Source of the DNA: Octopus sinensis
Lineage: Eukaryota
NCBI RefSeq assembly: GCF_006345805.1
Contig: NW_021836468.1
Location: forward strand, 1-24,105
Length of the DNA: 24,105 nt
Reading direction: 5' to 3'
Shown here: piece after piece, positions 21,692 to 24,105 of the stretch
How the letters are laid out: each line of letters opens with the position of its first letter
Numbering within the stretch: the first letter of the stretch is position 1
Notes under the pieces: generated by a model
Databases searched by the model: none
What the model was told of the DNA's origin: nothing
Seen by the model: only the letters and a program-made list of their open reading frames with translations
Made by a program: the position numbers and the translations under genes

Positions 21692-21994
21692 CATATTTAC
21701 TGAATTCATAAGTCATAACAAACAGCATGATAGGAAATCAGAGAAGAACTGCATAAAGGTAAATAAAGGCAAACTTACGTTTAATATATAAAGATCGGAT
21801 GTGTATTAGAAAAAAAACAATCTAGAAAACTTATCTATTCTTACAAGGATTTCTAATCGGACCAGATATACGTTCTATGGAACATGTTTTACACTCGTAT
21901 AGCCAGAATAATCAAACCTGTTGTCATAAAGATTAGTATCAATCAAACCTACAGTCACACAAATCACAAGGTATAATGAAACCATGCCGATGCT

Positions 21995-22176
21995 CCCACC
22001 CCTAATTACGTCACTGTGGACCACTAAAGTAGCTAGGGTGGGGTCCGGTTGGGGTGGTCCGCCCCGGGCGACACTTTGAAAGGGGCGGCCGTTATCAACC
22101 TGTTGTTGAAATTGGGTCACTGAGGCCAACTAGAGTAGCTAGGGTGACCCCCACTCTTAAATACGTTACTGAGGCC
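21995..22176 (+). repeat. Partial tandem copies of the hAT-MITE left end and its flank
   Basis: cactaaagtagctagggtg... at 22022 and aactagagtagctagggtg at 22128, each preceded by ctg(t/a)gg(a/c)c; 22022-22106 is homologous to 22177-22256. Confidence 0.8.
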
Positions 22177-22353
22177 CACTAGATTAGCTAGGGGTCTGGT
22201 TGGGGTGATCCGCCCCGGACGACACTTTTATAGGGGCGGCACTTTTCAACCTGTTGTAGGTTATTGCTGTAGGCAATATGTGTTTTTTGTGGGGTCCGGG
22301 GGTGGAAAACGGAAGGGCCGCTCAGGGCGGCACACACTCTAGCCACACTAGTG
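22177..22353. mobile_element. hAT-type MITE (177 bp) with 8-bp TSD
   Basis: TIRs cactagattagctaggg and ctctagccacactagtg; TSD ctgaggcc at 22169-22176 and 22354-22361; subterminal ccgccc/gggcgg motifs. Confidence 0.82.
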
Positions 22354-22897
22354 CTGAGGCCTATAGATAGCACCATAAATGCGGTAAACTAGAAATATTT
22401 CCCCAACAAAATAACAGAATAAATATGGACAAATAGAGCATAATGTATTAATTGTAACTTACGCCAGTCAACTCGATTCGTAAGGCGCAGTTGAATTACT
22501 ACGTCAGGAAGAAGGCGTGTCGACTGTCGAAGGAAGCCTTTCCGATATGTTAAATTCTTTCAACGGCCTTAGCGTTTGCTTGTCATTCATTCGCTCATGC
22601 ACTTTCCTCTATTCAGCACTGCAAGAATACAGCATAATGATGACATCATTGCTGTCGCGCGCATCGAGAGAAATTTTGAATAAGTAGATGAGGCGGTTGT
22701 CTTGTCAACGAATACCAATTACGGAGGCTGAAACCAAAACAATGGCCGTGTCTAGGAGGAGACCATTAAATAAAGGTTGGGCTAATTTGTAATGTAAAAT
22801 GTATCTGAGCATTAAAAAGCTGCTATATACTATTGAGAGAAAGTCGTTAAATGGAGGGTTATTAGAGAGAGGGTTTCATGTGTCAGAAACAAGTTGT

Positions 22898-23314
22898 AAG
22901 GTGGCAAGCTGGCAGAAACGTTAACACGCCGGCCGGAATGCTTAGTATTATTTCAGCTGCCGTTACGTTCTGAGTTCAAATTCTGCCGATGTCTACTTTT
23001 TCTTTCATCCTTTCGGGGTCGATTAAATAAGTACCAGTTTCGCACTGGGGTCGATGTAATCGACTTAATCCCTTTGTCTGTCCTTGTTTGTCCTCTTTGT
23101 GTTTAGCCCCTTGTGGGTAGTAAAGAAATAGCTATTTCGTCTGTCGTTACGTTGTGAGTTCAAATTCCGCCGAGGTCGACTTTGCCCTTAATCCTATCGG
23201 GGTCAATTAATTAAGTACCAGTCACACACTGAGGTCGATGTAATCGACTTAATCCGTTTGTCTGTCTTTGTTTGTCCTTTCTGTGTTTAGCCCCTTGTGG
23301 GCAATAAAGAATTA
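22898..23314 (+). mobile_element. Dimeric SINE family A with TSD
   Basis: Same architecture as 1446-1862, with the second monomer at 23131. TSD agaaacaagtt(g/a)t at 22885-22897 and 23315-23327. Confidence 0.93.
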
Positions 23315-23385
23315 AGAAACAAGTTATTGGCGTGCCATGTTTGGCACGCGTTCCAGGGGTTTCCTACCACTGGTCTATATATACG

Positions 23386-23535
23386 CTTAGGGTTCGATTT
23401 CGCCGAGATCAACTTTGTCCTTCATCATTTTGGAGTCGATAAAATAAATACCAGTGAAGCACTGGGGTCGATGAAATCGACTAGCATCCTCTCACAAAAT
23501 TTATGGCTTTGTACTTAGAGTAGAGAGAATTATTC
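23386..23535 (+). mobile_element. SINE family A, older partial copy
   Basis: gggttcgatttcgccgagatcaactttgtccttcatcattttggagtcgataaaataaataccagtgaagcactggggtcgatg. Confidence 0.82.
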
Positions 23536-23646
23536 CCTTAAAATGCTTGATACCTAATTAGTCATAAAGGAAAACTTGGTGAAAGAGGGTGAAAATATTT
23601 TATGCAGAATGCATTTGTATTTAAAGTATAACTGTATATATATATG

Positions 23647-23805
23647 ACGTAAAGTATACTAGCCATCTCAATATGGCTAACCACTAAGAGTGGGTGTTAC
23701 TGTAGCCTAAAGCCAGCTGGAGACGATGATCTCCTGGGGCTACAAGCTACAGTAACACCCACCCTTAGTGGTTAGCCATATTAAGATGGCTAGTATACTT
23801 TACGT
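23647..23805. repeat. Near-perfect inverted repeat with 60-bp arms and a 39-bp spacer
   Basis: 23647-23706 versus the reverse complement of 23746-23805: 58/60 identity. Confidence 0.95.
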
Positions 23806-24006
23806 TGTCGAGCGGTTACTGTTTACATCTCGTTCAGAGATTAATTATTGCTTGTATATATTTATATTTTCGAAGATATTGAACAAATTAACCAACAATT
23901 TGAGACAGGATAGGAAAGATATATAATATATCTATTAAAAGGCTTCGGCCTTAACTTACCGGAAGATCGTCTGAAGGATTTCATTGTAGCGTCCTTCAAA
24001 ACCACC

Positions 24007-24105
24007 CTCTCTCTCTCTCTCTCCCTATATATGTATATATGTGTGTGTGGTTGTGTGTGTATGTGTCCGTGTGTGTGTGTGTATGTATGTATGTATCTGT
24101 CTGTC
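24007..24105. repeat. (CT)n/(GT)n/(GTAT)n microsatellite
   Basis: Direct observation. Confidence 0.9.

Noticed and set aside
21995-22361. CRISPR-like array (repeats separated by spacers)
   Set aside because: Irregular spacing, mutually homologous spacers, eukaryotic context and no cas genes; better explained as hAT ends.
22480-22882. Possible pogo/Tigger remnant (KEFNISE..STVDT on the minus strand; gtcgttaaatggaggg terminal-like motif)
   Set aside because: Only short weak motifs and no matching opposite TIR; needs a profile search.

Overview
AT-rich, microsatellite-dense, non-coding eukaryotic DNA (intron or intergenic). It is very likely from an octopus genome, inferred from the tRNA-derived SINE families present. 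No intact protein-coding gene was found: almost all ORF-track entries are translations of (AT)n, (CA)n, (ATT)n or (CAT)n repeats, or of SINEs. The window is a layered transposon graveyard. It holds three tRNA-derived SINE families, including a dimeric form with TSDs at two loci. DNA transposon remnants include a 908-bp mariner derivative built from two 5' ends, two deletion derivatives of a second mariner, an 8-bp-TSD hAT-type MITE cluster, and a decayed Mutator-like transposase interrupted by a foldback MITE that itself carries a SINE. Retroelement remnants include a Penelope GIY-YIG fragment missed by the ORF track, a probable Penelope pLTR with a degenerate hammerhead motif, and a 5'-truncated R4/Dong-type LINE inside a (TAA)n tract. 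There is also a near-perfect 60-bp-arm palindrome and a few weak host-exon candidates. I found no convincing novel multi-gene system. Family names come from recalled motifs, not database searches.
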